Shown here: positions 27,990 through 40,199 of the stretch, piece after piece
Numbering within the stretch: position 1 is the stretch's first letter
How the letters are laid out: each line of letters begins with the position of its first letter
Source: Geosiphon pyriformis uo1
Taxonomy: Eukaryota; Fungi; Glomeromycota
Length of the DNA: 64,000 bases
Assembly (NCBI GenBank): GCA_016748015.1
Contig: JAAOMT010000227.1
Coordinates: forward strand, 121,239 to 185,238
Direction: 5' to 3'
Program-made: the position numbers and the translations under genes
Notes under the pieces: generated by a model
What the model was told of the DNA's origin: nothing
What the model saw: only the letters and a program-made list of their open reading frames with translations
Databases searched by the model: none

Positions 27990-30900
27990 TTAGTAGATAA
28001 TGATGTGTAGTGATATGGTTTTAGTCAATTACTATATGCTGTTTTGGCTAAGATTTTGTTGTTTTATCTTAGCTTGTATGCTTTATTTTCCAAAATTTTT
28101 TTAATGTGAAATGGTCCATTTTATTTGGGGTCAAACTTTCTATTCCATTGTTTTTCCACTTTGATATGATGTAAGAGTATTTTGCCTCCAATTTTGAATT
28201 TGACTGGTTTATCTAATAACTGGTTATCATGCCATTCTTTTTGTTTTTTTTGTGACTTTTAAATGTTATTAGTAGCTTTTCATCATTTATTTTCTAGCAT
28301 TTTTATTAAGTCATATGTTCTTCTTAACAATGTTTCTTGGAAATTGTCTTTTGTTATTGGTTCAATTGGATATGTATTAACTTTTATCTTAATTGATAAT
28401 ATTGCTGTTCTATTTATACTAACTCAAATAATATTGCTTGTGTAGTATCTTGCTTTATTATTCAGTAAGCAAATAGTACTGATGGTATAAACAAATCCTA
28501 TTTATCCTGGTTTTTTTGACTGATTTTGGCAATTGTTTTACACAATGTTCTGTTTAACTTTTTCATTAAACCATTTGTTTGTGGATGGTATGGTGATGAT
28601 AATAGTTTTTTGATTCCAAATTTTTGATTTAATTCTACTAGTGTTCTGTTTACAAAGTGAGTTTTTTGATCTGATAACAATTTTTTTGGACATTCATGTT
28701 AGCAAATTAGATCTTAATAAATGAATTCAGCTATGGATTCTGCATCTGCTTTGTAAATTGCTTTCACTTCTGGCCATTTTGTAAAATAATTCATGACTAC
28801 TACAATGTATCTGTTGCTTCTGCTAATAATTATTAATGGTCCAACTAAATCAATTCTAATCCAGTCAAATGGTTGTTCTACTTTAATTGGTCTTAATGAT
28901 TTACTTGGTCTTGTTCTTCTTCTTCTCTAACAAACATCATAATTTTGGATATATTGAATGATATCTGAATACATTGATAGTTAATAGTATCTTTTTTTAG
29001 TTTTTCCTATGATTGTTTCTTTATAGAAATGTCCTGCTATTAGATCTAAGTGTATGTTGAATAGTATTGTTTTTTTCTCTGGTTTTGTGATTACTTTGAG
29101 TGGTTGCTCTGGATTTTTTCTGTTTTTCCAATATAGTATATTTTGGTGAGTAATAAAATATTTTGATTGTTGTTTTATGTTGTTTTATTCTTTTTAAGAT
29201 AATTTTATTTTGAATTATTGGGTATTGATATAGTATTAGAGTTGTTAGTATTTTTGTGTATTCATTTTTTGGTATATTTTTGGATTTAAAATATTCTTAG
29301 ATTTGTTTTATCTATGACAAACTATTAACATTTCTATTTTTTTTTCCTTTTTTATAATGTACTGTATAATTAAATGGTAAAAGCTCTATTTTCTATTTCG
29401 CATAGTGATGATCTACAAATTTTTGCTTTTAAATAGATGTCAACTCTTTGTGGTCTATATAGACATCAAATTTTTGGCTTAAATATTCCTTTTATTTTAT
29501 TACAGTCCAATAAATGACCAAATGTTCTAGTACTGAAATGTCATAGTTTTTTTCAGCTGGACTTAAATTTTGACTAACATATACCACTGAATGTTCTCAT
29601 TCATCTACTTCTTTTTGCAATAATACTGCTTCCAATGTGTGATTAGATGCATTGGTGATAATAATAAATGACTTACTATAATCTAAATATAGTAATACTA
29701 GAGCTTGAATGAGTTTTTTTTTAAGATATTGAAAGCATTTTGTTGAGCTTCTGTCTATTCATATTTTATGTTTTTTATCTAAAGCTAGTGGAATGATTGA
29801 GCCAATTTGGAAAAGTTCTGAATGAAATACCAATATTACAGAAAAGTTTTTTTGGTATATTTTAATTGTTGATATCTCGTTTTAATTGCAATTAGTCTTT
29901 CATAAGTTCCTTAATTTTATGTGTTAGATATTAATGATAATATACTGAAGGTTTTTTCTTAATATTGTAATATAAGTCTTCTCTTTAATTCTAGTTGTCT
30001 TTGTATGTTGTGTACTTCTTTCTAGAGACTAATCTAAAATTTATCTGTTGTTTGAAGTCTTTTCTGAGGCTATTTTTGCAATTGTCTGATGTGTTTCTCT
30101 AATCTAAAAACATGGAATGTTAATGGCCTTTTCGTGATTTTCTTAAGTATATAATAAAGCTTTTTTTCAACTTAATTAGTAATCACATGAATAATCTTGA
30201 TCAAAAATTATTCTTCCAAAAAGTTTAAAGATGGAATGATAGTTTTATTTACTAGAGAGGGTATGTAAATTCTATTGTCAATCTTGCAATTGTAATGTTC
30301 ATTCAATTTATTATTTTTATTAATTCTTTTTGAATAAAATTTTATTTAGATATTTGTTGCTTTTAGTTGAAGCTATCTGTTTTTTTATTATTAAGTTTTT
30401 AACAATTTTGATCTTATTTGGATCTGTCTTGATGCCATCTTTGCTGACTATATGTCCCAAAAACTTGAGTTTTATTTTTTCAAAAAAGCATTTTTCAGCA
30501 TTTAATTTCAATCTTGCTCTTCTTAATCTTTCAAATACTTGTTGAAGATGATAGAAATAATCATCAAATGTTTTTGAAAACACATTGGTGTCATCTAGAT
30601 ATATTATCACGAATTTTCATAGTAATTTAGTGTACACAATTTTTATAAATTGTTAAAAAATGGCTGAAGTATTTATCAATCCAAATGGCATTACATTAAA
30701 TTCAAAGTTTCTCTTTCTGGTAATAAATACTGTTTTTTCTTGGTCTTCTGGGCTCATGGCTACTTACCAATATTTACTGTCTAAGTCTAATGTCAAAAAC
30801 CATTTATTTTTTTCAAAAGTGTCAAATAATTCTTGAATTTATAGAGTTGGATAACTGTTTTCACAAGTTATACTGTTGAGCTTTCTATAGTTTACACAAA

Positions 30901-32921
30901 AGCAGATTTTTCTATTTTTCTTCTGGACAAGTACTACTAGTAATAATCATGGGCTTATTGATGATTGAATTAGCTCATTGTCCAATATTTGGTGGATTTC
31001 TTAATAGATGATTTTATGGCTGGCTGGTGGTATTCTGTATGCTTATTGTTTTATTGGCATTGCATCTTTGGTTTTGATTTGGTGATGAATGATATCAGTT
31101 TTGCCAAATTTGTTTTCATTTGCAAAAATGTTAGTAAAATTGTTAAGCAGCATCTTGAGTTGCATTTACTGCAGTAGATCTAAATTACCTAAGTTTATTT
31201 GGTTTAGTTGTTCTGGCTGTAGTAAATAACACCATTTTTTTATAGATTACTTGTGATGTTACATCCACATATCTACATAACTGTGAAGAATTTAAAATAA
31301 TAGTTGGTGGTAGGTTTTTAACTTTAGTGTTCAAGTATTCCATGATAGTTTTAATTGGTATTTTAATGAGATTCCTCATTGTGTTGTGTATGAAAATTTT
31401 GATGTGTTTGTGGTTTTTGGCTAGTATATACAAGTTGGTGATAGCAATTTCTCTTAATTTGTAAATGCTGGTTTCCACTTCAAAAATTTGAGGCTGATTT
31501 CTTACTTTTCTTTCTATAACTAATATATACTAGTCATATAGTAGAATAGTAATTGATTAACTGATAAAAATAATTTTTTCCTTGTTAATTGGTTCCTCTT
31601 CTATTATATTAATTGGTATGTCTATTTTATTAATAAATCCAAATTTTTTTATTTCTTTGGCTATAATTCCTAATTTTTCCCTTGTTTTTACTAACACTAG
31701 CTGAGCTATTTTTACTAGAAATAAAAATATTGCCTATGTTATTTTTTTGTTTAGTTCTATTGTGTATCCTTTTTCTGAATCATTTTGTAATATTGCAATG
31801 ATATTTTCTATATATTTTGTATCAATTATTCTTTCTCTAATGTTAATCTTTTTTTTTGGTAAACTAAATCTGGATGCTAGCTAAATTATTGTTGTTGCTA
31901 AAATTTTCAGTGCTATTTTCAAATCTATACTGGTGCATGAGTGTGGTTTCAATCTAATGACAGCTTTTCTTGGATATTTAAAATCAAACTCTGCATCAGT
32001 ATTATACACACATTCTGGCATAATATTTTTATCATTATTACTGAACTATTTAAGTTTCTGTTCTTTGGAGAGATCAGAAAGTGTAATGTATTGTTTGGAG
32101 TTTGAAACAGAGTTTAAATAATTGTTGCCATTGTTGCCAATTTGAACAGAGCTGGAATTATTGTTATTATTATCATTGTCAGAATCTAAATTGAAATTGA
32201 ACTGTGATTCTGATTCTAATGCATAGCTGCTGATTGGTTCTTCTTTTTTTGGAATTGTGTAGATCATGTGTGATGGTAGATTGTAAATGAGATCACACTT
32301 ATTACAATATTAGAAGTCATATGGAATTAAGCAATATTGACAAAATTAAGTGTTCAACTGTTCTAACCACTGCTTTTGTTCTTTTTTGGTAAATGCTAAA
32401 TTCTGATAATGTTTATGAAATTGCTCGGAATTGTCCTCAATATTATTGAAAACATTGTCGGAAATATTAAAAGTTAAGATGTATTTGAGTTCAGAAAATA
32501 AAAATAAGTTGTTTTTAATTTTTAATAGTTTACTGGTCAAAGCACCTTCAACTTTGGCACTTGCTATTTTCCAGATTTTGTGCTTGTTATATGAATATTC
32601 TTCTAGATATCTAAGTGCTTATTTTTAGGTATTATCAATTGGGGTCATTTTTCTTATCCAGTTGTTTATGAAAATTATGTATTGACATATTTTGTTGCAT
32701 GTTTCTTCTTATCCAAAAATTTCATTCCATATTTTTTTATCAGGCAAAATTGCTTTACACACTAAGCAAGGTTTATTATCCCATTTTTCTTGTCACTTGA
32801 GTCACTCAAAATGTTCAAGAATGTATAAGTGGCAATAGAACTTAGTTGCTATTGGTTATTTTTTATTATTGCCATAGCATGTGTCTATTGTTGACAATTT
32901 TTTGCCACAATTAACACATAT
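27990..32921 (-). pseudogene. G1 pol, 3' part: Cys-rich spacer, dUTPase (~31640-32050), RT, RNase H, integrase
   Basis: DAEFDLKY, IYLDDTNVF, ITNASN, YFTKWPE, SSPYHPQTNGL, KFDPK*NGPF. Confidence 0.88.
29834..30385 (-). mobile_element. Truncated family-A LTR inside G1 RT
   Basis: Reverse complement of the family-A core at ~30185-30250. About 50 bp of RT is missing at the right junction compared with G2. Confidence 0.8.
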
Positions 32922-33620
32922 GAGTCATACTGCAACAAAACCAGACAAAGTGAACATTTGTATTACCAAGAATTTCAGGAATTAAAATTTGTAATGTAAT
33001 TATTAAAATTTTCTATTTGTTTAATATTAAGTAATATATAAAATTACTTCTATATAAAAATAGTTAATATGAAGTTAATTTACATTAGATCTACTATGAA
33101 ATCCAAAAATTATAGTATTATTAGAAGTATTCTAAAAAAAAAACAAAATGAAAAAATTGCTCCTTATATTTTCAAAATAAATAATACTTAAACATTAAAA
33201 ACTTATCTAAAAAAAAAAAGAATTACTTATAAAATTTACCAAGAAAAAAAAAATAATAAATGTTAAGAAAAGAAAGAAGCATAAAAATGTATTATTAACT
33301 AATAAAAAGCAAAAATCTTTAAATGAAAAATAACTACTATTTTTTTTAATAGGTGGAATGAATTTTAATTTATACAGAAGAAGATTTCCTTAATTACTTT
33401 TTTACTTTCAATTAAAATTATTTTTTAGTCTTTTTGATTTTAATTTGAGCAGTTAATTGACCATTCTGTTGATCTTTTAATTTACTGTTTTCTTCTTTCA
33501 GATAATTAATTTTCTCTTTTAAACTTTTTATCTTATTCAACAACTTTTGCTTTTGCCTTTTACTTCATTTCTTGGATTTCTCTTGAAATTTGGTTATTTT
33601 TTCCCTTTTAATTTCTAAGA
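32922..33620 (+). repeat. Left terminal inverted repeat
   Basis: gagtcatactgcaacaaaaccagacaaagtgaacatt... matches the reverse complement of 55772-56462, with mostly transition differences. Confidence 0.92.
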
Positions 33621-34789
33621 CTTTTTTAGTCTCATTTAGTTGTTTTTGTAGGGAGTTTATTTGTCTTTCATAAAAAGTAGGCTGACTTATTTCTTCATGA
33701 GATAAGAGAAAAAGTTTTTTCTCTTCTAAATCTTCATTGTTTCTAATACAGTAACAAATATTCTTATTATTAACAATATCAAAATCTAACTTAGTTTGCA
33801 ATTTACCACATCTATTGCACTTTGACAATTCATTATCCCAATACTTTTCTTCACATCTTTCACAAACCATGTCATCTGAAATTTATTTTCTAGTTACTTT
33901 GCTATAAGATCTTATTTGGTAAACAGATTTATTATTTTTGTTTTCAAATTTAGAGCAAAAATCACAAGTTTTTTTACTTTTTTTTTCTAATTCTAAAACT
34001 GTTGTTACAGATAATTATTTGGGGTCTTAAATCAAATAACAAACTTATAACTTAGTGCTTAATAGCTTTTCTGGTTAGTAATATCTGAAAATTTCGTGAA
34101 TTTAAAGGTTTGGTGTTCAGTTCTTTGTATAATAGACAAAGATTTAAGTATTGTAATCTATAGCTTTTCAAAATCGCAATTTTGTCAATTTTTTTCTCAG
34201 TGTAATGGCCAGTAATTCTCCTGGTAAGCTATTTTCTATTAAGTGTTCTATTCTTATTTTTGGGTCTTTTACCAGTTACTTTGATGTTGATAACTCTGTG
34301 CATTAATCTTTAATCAATTAGTAAACAACAAAAAAAAAAAAAAAAAAAAAAAAATACAAGAAAATAAAAAAGTTAAGCCAAGGCAATTAAGTTAATATTT
34401 TGTCAATAGCCATAATCAAGAGCTATTGTTTTAGTGTGGTCAAGTATTAATTACTATCAACACTTTATGTTAATAGTAGAAAGTGAATTAAGATAGCAAA
34501 TAGTTATTTATTGATATTTGTGATTTGGAATAGTTGCTTAAATAAAATCTAAACTAAGAGATCTGTCTTTTCTGCTTTTAATGCTTTTACTATATATATA
34601 TAATTTAGGTTCTACAAGATCACTCACATTTCTAAGTGATGTGTTATAACTTCTTAAACAATGCTCATATTGTTAAACAACATGCTCATATGCTAATTAC
34701 TACTCTCCTATTAGTCTATCTGTTTTTTCTACTATTTTTTTTTAGACATTTTCTTTATGAGTAACATTATTTCTTCCTTTTAATATTGA

Positions 34790-35550
34790 GCTCTGTCGAA
34801 ATTTTTACTTTGAATTAAGTTTAATATTTTTTTTTCTAATACTGTTTGTTCAACTTTATTTCTTATATCTTCAATTTGTGTGTTGTTCATTTTTCCTCAT
34901 TGGTTAATAGTGATTGTCTCCATGTCTGTGTGTAACAATATTTCTGGGTAATTTTGAAATATCATGTATAGTCAATAGATTGTTTTAATTTGTAGTGTTA
35001 GATTTGTTTTCTTTCTGATAATATTTCCAATATTCTATATTATTTCTTGATTGAATATCCTTTTGGTTGGATCCAGATATAATTTTTAAATGTTCACTTT
35101 TTGTCTTAACTGATAATAACAATATGGTATTAGAAGTTGTTTTATCTATTGCTTTCAATTTTCTTTTAAAAATTCTTCTGTTGAAATCATGATAATCATT
35201 TTTTTAAAGGTGTTTTTTACTTTCTTTATTATTTTATCTGACCAGTTTATTGATTGTTTCTGTAGTTGCTAGTATAGTGTACTTTTTCCTTTTTGTTTGG
35301 TGTTTCAATAGCAAATTGTTTGGTAGTTAATGACAATTTCTATGTTTAATTGCTGTTAACTTAAGGCCTAAAACAATTGTTAAGCTAAAGTGTGAATATG
35401 ATCTGGTATTTCCATTTTTTTTTGTTGTTTTTGTTGCATATACCATGTCTTTATATATTTTTTTAATTGTTCAATTTAACATGTTTGGTGTCAATAATGA
35501 TGATTGGTTCTAGATTTTATGGAATCTTATCTGGTTGGACTAGTATTTTT
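34790..35550 (-). pseudogene. G2 accessory ORF downstream of integrase
   Basis: CYYQLRQKV...IY*LYMIFQNYPEILLHTDMETITINQ*GKMNNTQIEDIR in a single frame. Confidence 0.6.
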
Positions 35551-35589
35551 TATATTTTTAGTTGTGAAATATTATTGGTAGATAATAAT

Positions 35590-38150
35590 GTGTAGTGATA
35601 AAGTTTTAGTCAATCACTATGTACTGCTTTGACTAAAATTTTGTTGTCCAATCTTAGCTTGTATGCTCCATTTTCTAAAATTTTTTTAATGTAAAATGAT
35701 CCATTCCATTTGGGATTAAACTTTCTACTCCATTGTTTTTCTGCTTTGGTATGATATAAAAGTACTTTGTTTCCAATCCTGAATTCAACTGGTTTGTCTG
35801 GTAATTGGTTATCATGTCTTTTTTTTTGTTTTGCTTATGACCTTTAAATGCTATCAGCTGCTTTTTGCTGTTTGTTTTCTAGTGTTTTCATTAAATTATA
35901 TGCTCTTTTCAACAATGTTTCTTGGAAATTGTCTTCTGTTGTTGGTTTAATTGGGTATGTATTGACTTCTATTTCAACTGGTAGTGTTGCTGTTTTATCA
36001 TATACTAATTCAAATGATGTCTTTTAAGTGGTATTTTGTTTTATTGTCTAATAAGCAAATAATACTAATAGTATCAACAAATCTCATTCATCCTGATTTT
36101 TTTGGCTGATCTTGGCAATTGCTTTACACAATGTTTTGTTGAACTTTTTAACTAAACCATTTGTTTGTGGATGGTATAGTGATGATAATAGTCTTTTATT
36201 CCAAATCTTTGACTTAGATCCTTAGTTGAATAACAATTCTTTTGGATATTTATGTCGACAAATTAGATTTTAATGAATAAATTTGACAACAGATTTTGCA
36301 TTTGCTTTTTGAATGGCTTTTGCTTCTGGCCATTTAGTAAGAAAATCCATAACTACTATAATATATTAGTTTCCTCTACTGGTAATTGTTAATGGTCTAA
36401 CTAAGTTGATTCTGACTTGATCAAATAGCTATTCTACTTTAATTAGTTTTAATGGTTTGCTGGTTCTTGTTTCTTCTCTTCTTTGACATACATTAGAGTT
36501 TTGAACATATTGAATAATGTCTGGATACATTAATGACCAATAGTATCTTTTTTTGGTTTTTTCCATAGTTGCTTCTTTGTGAAAATATTCTGTTGTTGGA
36601 TCTGAATACATGTTAAATAATATTGTCTCTTTCTCTGGTTCTGTAATTACTTTGATTAGTTGGTCTGGATTTCTTCTGTTCTTTTGATAAAGTGTATTTT
36701 AGTAAGTAATAAAGTATTTAGATTGTTGTTTGATATTGTTTTATTCCTTTTGAGATAATTTTTCCTTAAACTGTTAAGTATTTATATAATGCTATAGTTG
36801 TTAATATTTTTGTGTATTCATTTTTTTGTTATATTTTTGGGTTGAAATGTTTCTTAAATTTGTTTCATTTGTGACAAACCATCAGTATTTTCATTGTTTT
36901 TTTCTTTTTTATAATGTACTGTATACTTGAATGATAAAAGTTCTATTTTCCATCTGACATGGCAATTATTTCCAAATTTTTGCTTTTGGATTGATGTCAG
37001 TATATATATCAAATTTCTGGCTTAAGTATTTCTTTCATTTCATGACTGCCCAATAGATAGTTAAGTGTTTTAGTGCTGGTGTTCTATAGTTTTTTCTACT
37101 GAACTCAAACTTTGGCTGGTATATGCTACTGAATATTTTCTTCTATCCAGTTTTTTTTAAGATAGTACAGCTCTCAATGCTTGACCAGGTATATCAGTTG
37201 TAATAATAAATGGCTTGCTGTAATCTGAATATATTAGTACTGGTGCTTGGATAAGCTTTTTTCATAATATGTTGAAGGTTTTTTGCTGGGTTTCAGTCTA
37301 CTCATACTTGATATTTTTGACTTATAGTTGATAGAGTAATTAAGCCAGTTTGGAAAAATCTTTGATAAAGCAGCAATAATAACCTGTAAATCCCAAAAAT
37401 GCTCTTAGTTCTGTCAAGTTGGTTGGTATTAAAAAGTTTTTGACTATTTCAATTTTGTTTAAATCTGTTTTAATGCCATTTTTGCTCATAACATATTCCA
37501 AAAACTTGAGTTCTGTTTTGTCAAAGAAACATTTAGTTGAATTTAATTTTAATTCTACTCGTCTGAGCCTTTAAAACACTTGCTGTAGATGATAAAAATA
37601 ATTATCAAATGTTTTTGAGAACACATTGGTATCATTCAAATATATGACTACAGATTTTTATAGTAGTCCAGTGTAAATGATTTCTATTAGCCATTGGAAC
37701 ATGGTTAAAGCATTCATTAAGCTGAATAGTATTACTTTAAATTCAAAGTTCTTTTTTTTTGTGGTAAATGCTGTCTTCTCTTTGTCAGCTGAATTTATGG
37801 CTACTTGCCAGTAATTATTGTTTAAATCAAGTGTTGAGAACCATTTTTTTCCTCTGAAAATATCAAATAATTTTTGGATCTGTAAAATTGAATAGCTGTT
37901 TCTATGGATAATACTGTTGAGTTTTTTATAATCTGGATTTTCCCATTTTTCTTCTGGACTAATACCATTGGTGATGACCATGGATTTATTGATAGTTGAA
38001 TTAACCTGTTGTCTAACATCTAATTGATTTTCTGTTGGATGATTTCATGGTTAGCTAATGATACTTTGTATGCTTGCTGTTTTATTGGCATTGCATCTTC
38101 AGTTTTGATCTGATGTTAAATTATGTTGGTTCTGCCAAATTCATTTTTAT
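35590..38150 (-). pseudogene. G2 RT-RNase H-integrase
   Basis: NPWSSPMVLV, WFSTLDL..NYWQV, KTAF, IYLNDTNVF; integrase YYWSLMYPDIIQY...VCQR, FLTKWPEA, YHPQTNGL. Confidence 0.9.
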
Positions 38151-38659
38151 TTGCAAAAATGTTGGTGAAATTGTTGAATAACATTTTGGATTACATACAT
38201 TAAAGTGGGTCTAAGTTTTCTATGTTCATTTGTTCTAATTGTTCTGGTTGGAGCAAATAATATTTGTTCTGTCCATAGATTATTTGTAATATAATGTCTA
38301 TATATCCACACAGTTGTAGAAAATCTGGAATAGAGCTTGGTGCTTGATCTTCAATTTTGGTGCTTATGTATCCAATAATAGTTCCTTCCAGTATTTCTAT
38401 AATATTTCCCATATTGTTATAGATGAGAATTTTAATGTGACTATAGTTCTTGGCTGGTATGTAGAAATTGACTAATCCAATCTTTTCTGATTCACAAAGT
38501 GTTGCTTCTGCTTCAAAAATCTGATTTTGATCCTTCACTTTTCTTTTTATAGCTAATATGTACTGATCATATAATGGAATAGAAATTGATTGATAGATGG
38601 AGATAATTTTTCCTTTGTCAATAACTTCTTTTTCTGCCATATTAATTGGTATATCTATT

Positions 38660-39060
38660 CTACTTATGGATCCAAATCCATTAATTTCTCTTGCCATAAT
38701 CTCTAGTTTTTCTCTACTTCCCATTGATACTAACTGAGCTATTTTAACCAGAGACAGGAATATTGCTGTGCTATCTTTTCATTTGGCTCTATGGTATAGG
38801 TTTTTTCAAAATCATTTTGTAGTATTGCAATAATATTTCTTACATATCTTGCATCAATTATTCCTCCTTTGATGTTAATTTCTTTTTTTACTAAACTACT
38901 CTTAGATGCTAGTTGAACCATTGTTGTTGTTGAAATCTCTAGTGCTATTTTTATATTAATGCAGGTGCATAAATATGGTTTCAATTTAATGGCATTTTTT
39001 CTCAAATATCTCAGATCAAACCCTACATTGGTATTATGTACATGTTCTGGCATGATACCT
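38660..39060 (-). pseudogene. dUTPase domain within G2 pol
   Basis: Trimeric dUTPase motifs: VGFDL (I), ASKSS (II), GGIIDARYVR (III), EKIAQ (IV), REINGFGS (V). Confidence 0.88.
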
Positions 39061-40199
39061 TCATCATTATTACTGAACCATTTTAGTTCCTGCTTCTTGG
39101 AGAGGTCAGGGAGCATAATATATTGTTTAGAATTTGAATTAGAGTTTGAATCATTATTGTTATTATTGTTAATTTGAATTGAGCTGAAACTATTGTTGTT
39201 GTCATTATTGTCAGAGTCTGAATTAGAATTGAACTATAATTCCAATTCTAATGCACAGCTGCTAATTGGTTCTTTCTCTACAGAGATCATGTAAATCATG
39301 CATGATAGTGGATTGTAAACAATGTCACAATCATCACAATATTTGAAGTTACTGAGAATTAAACAATGTCTGCATAGTCAGATATTCAACTGTTTTAACT
39401 GTTGCTTTTGTTTTTTTCTAATAGGTGTTAGGTTTTGGTAGTGCTCATGAAATTGCTCAGGATTGTCTTTGCTGTCATTAAAAATGTTCAAAGTTACAAT
39501 GTATTTGGGTTCAAGAAGAGTAAGTAAATTGTTTTTGATTTCTAGTATTTCACTGGTTGAAGCTCTTTTTGCTTTTGTGCTCACCATTTTCCAGATTTTA
39601 TGTTTGTCATATAGATACCCTTCCAATCATTACAGTACTCACTTCCAGATGTTGTTGATTGGAGTTTCTTTTCATATCTAGTTATTGATAAGAATTATGT
39701 ATTGACACAATTTATTGCATGTTTTTCCTCTTCCTAAAATGTTGTTCCATATTTCTTTGTCAGATAAAATAGTTCTACATGCTAAACAAGGTTTGTTATT
39801 CTATTTTTTTGTTGTTTGGATCATCTAAACTGTTTAAAAATGCATGGATAGCAGTAAAATTTAGTTGCTATTGGCCATTTTTTGTTGTCACTATAACATG
39901 CACCCATTGTAAACAATTTTTTGCCACAATTGACACATATGAGCTTGGGTCAATAATAATTTGTTTGAGATAGTATGGTGTATAGAATATACATAATAGT
40001 AGTTATTTGTGCTAACTCTTCTTCTTTTTCCTTCTTTTTTTCTTTTTTCTTTTCTTCCCAAGTCAAAATTAATGGTAATTCATTGTGGTTATTATCAGAT
40101 TATGAAACTTGATAAGCCTTCCAGGTAGGGGTTTTTTTTTTCTTCAAATTTGATTAATGGTGCTAATATGGTGCTGTTTAGTTTGAAGTGATCACACAT

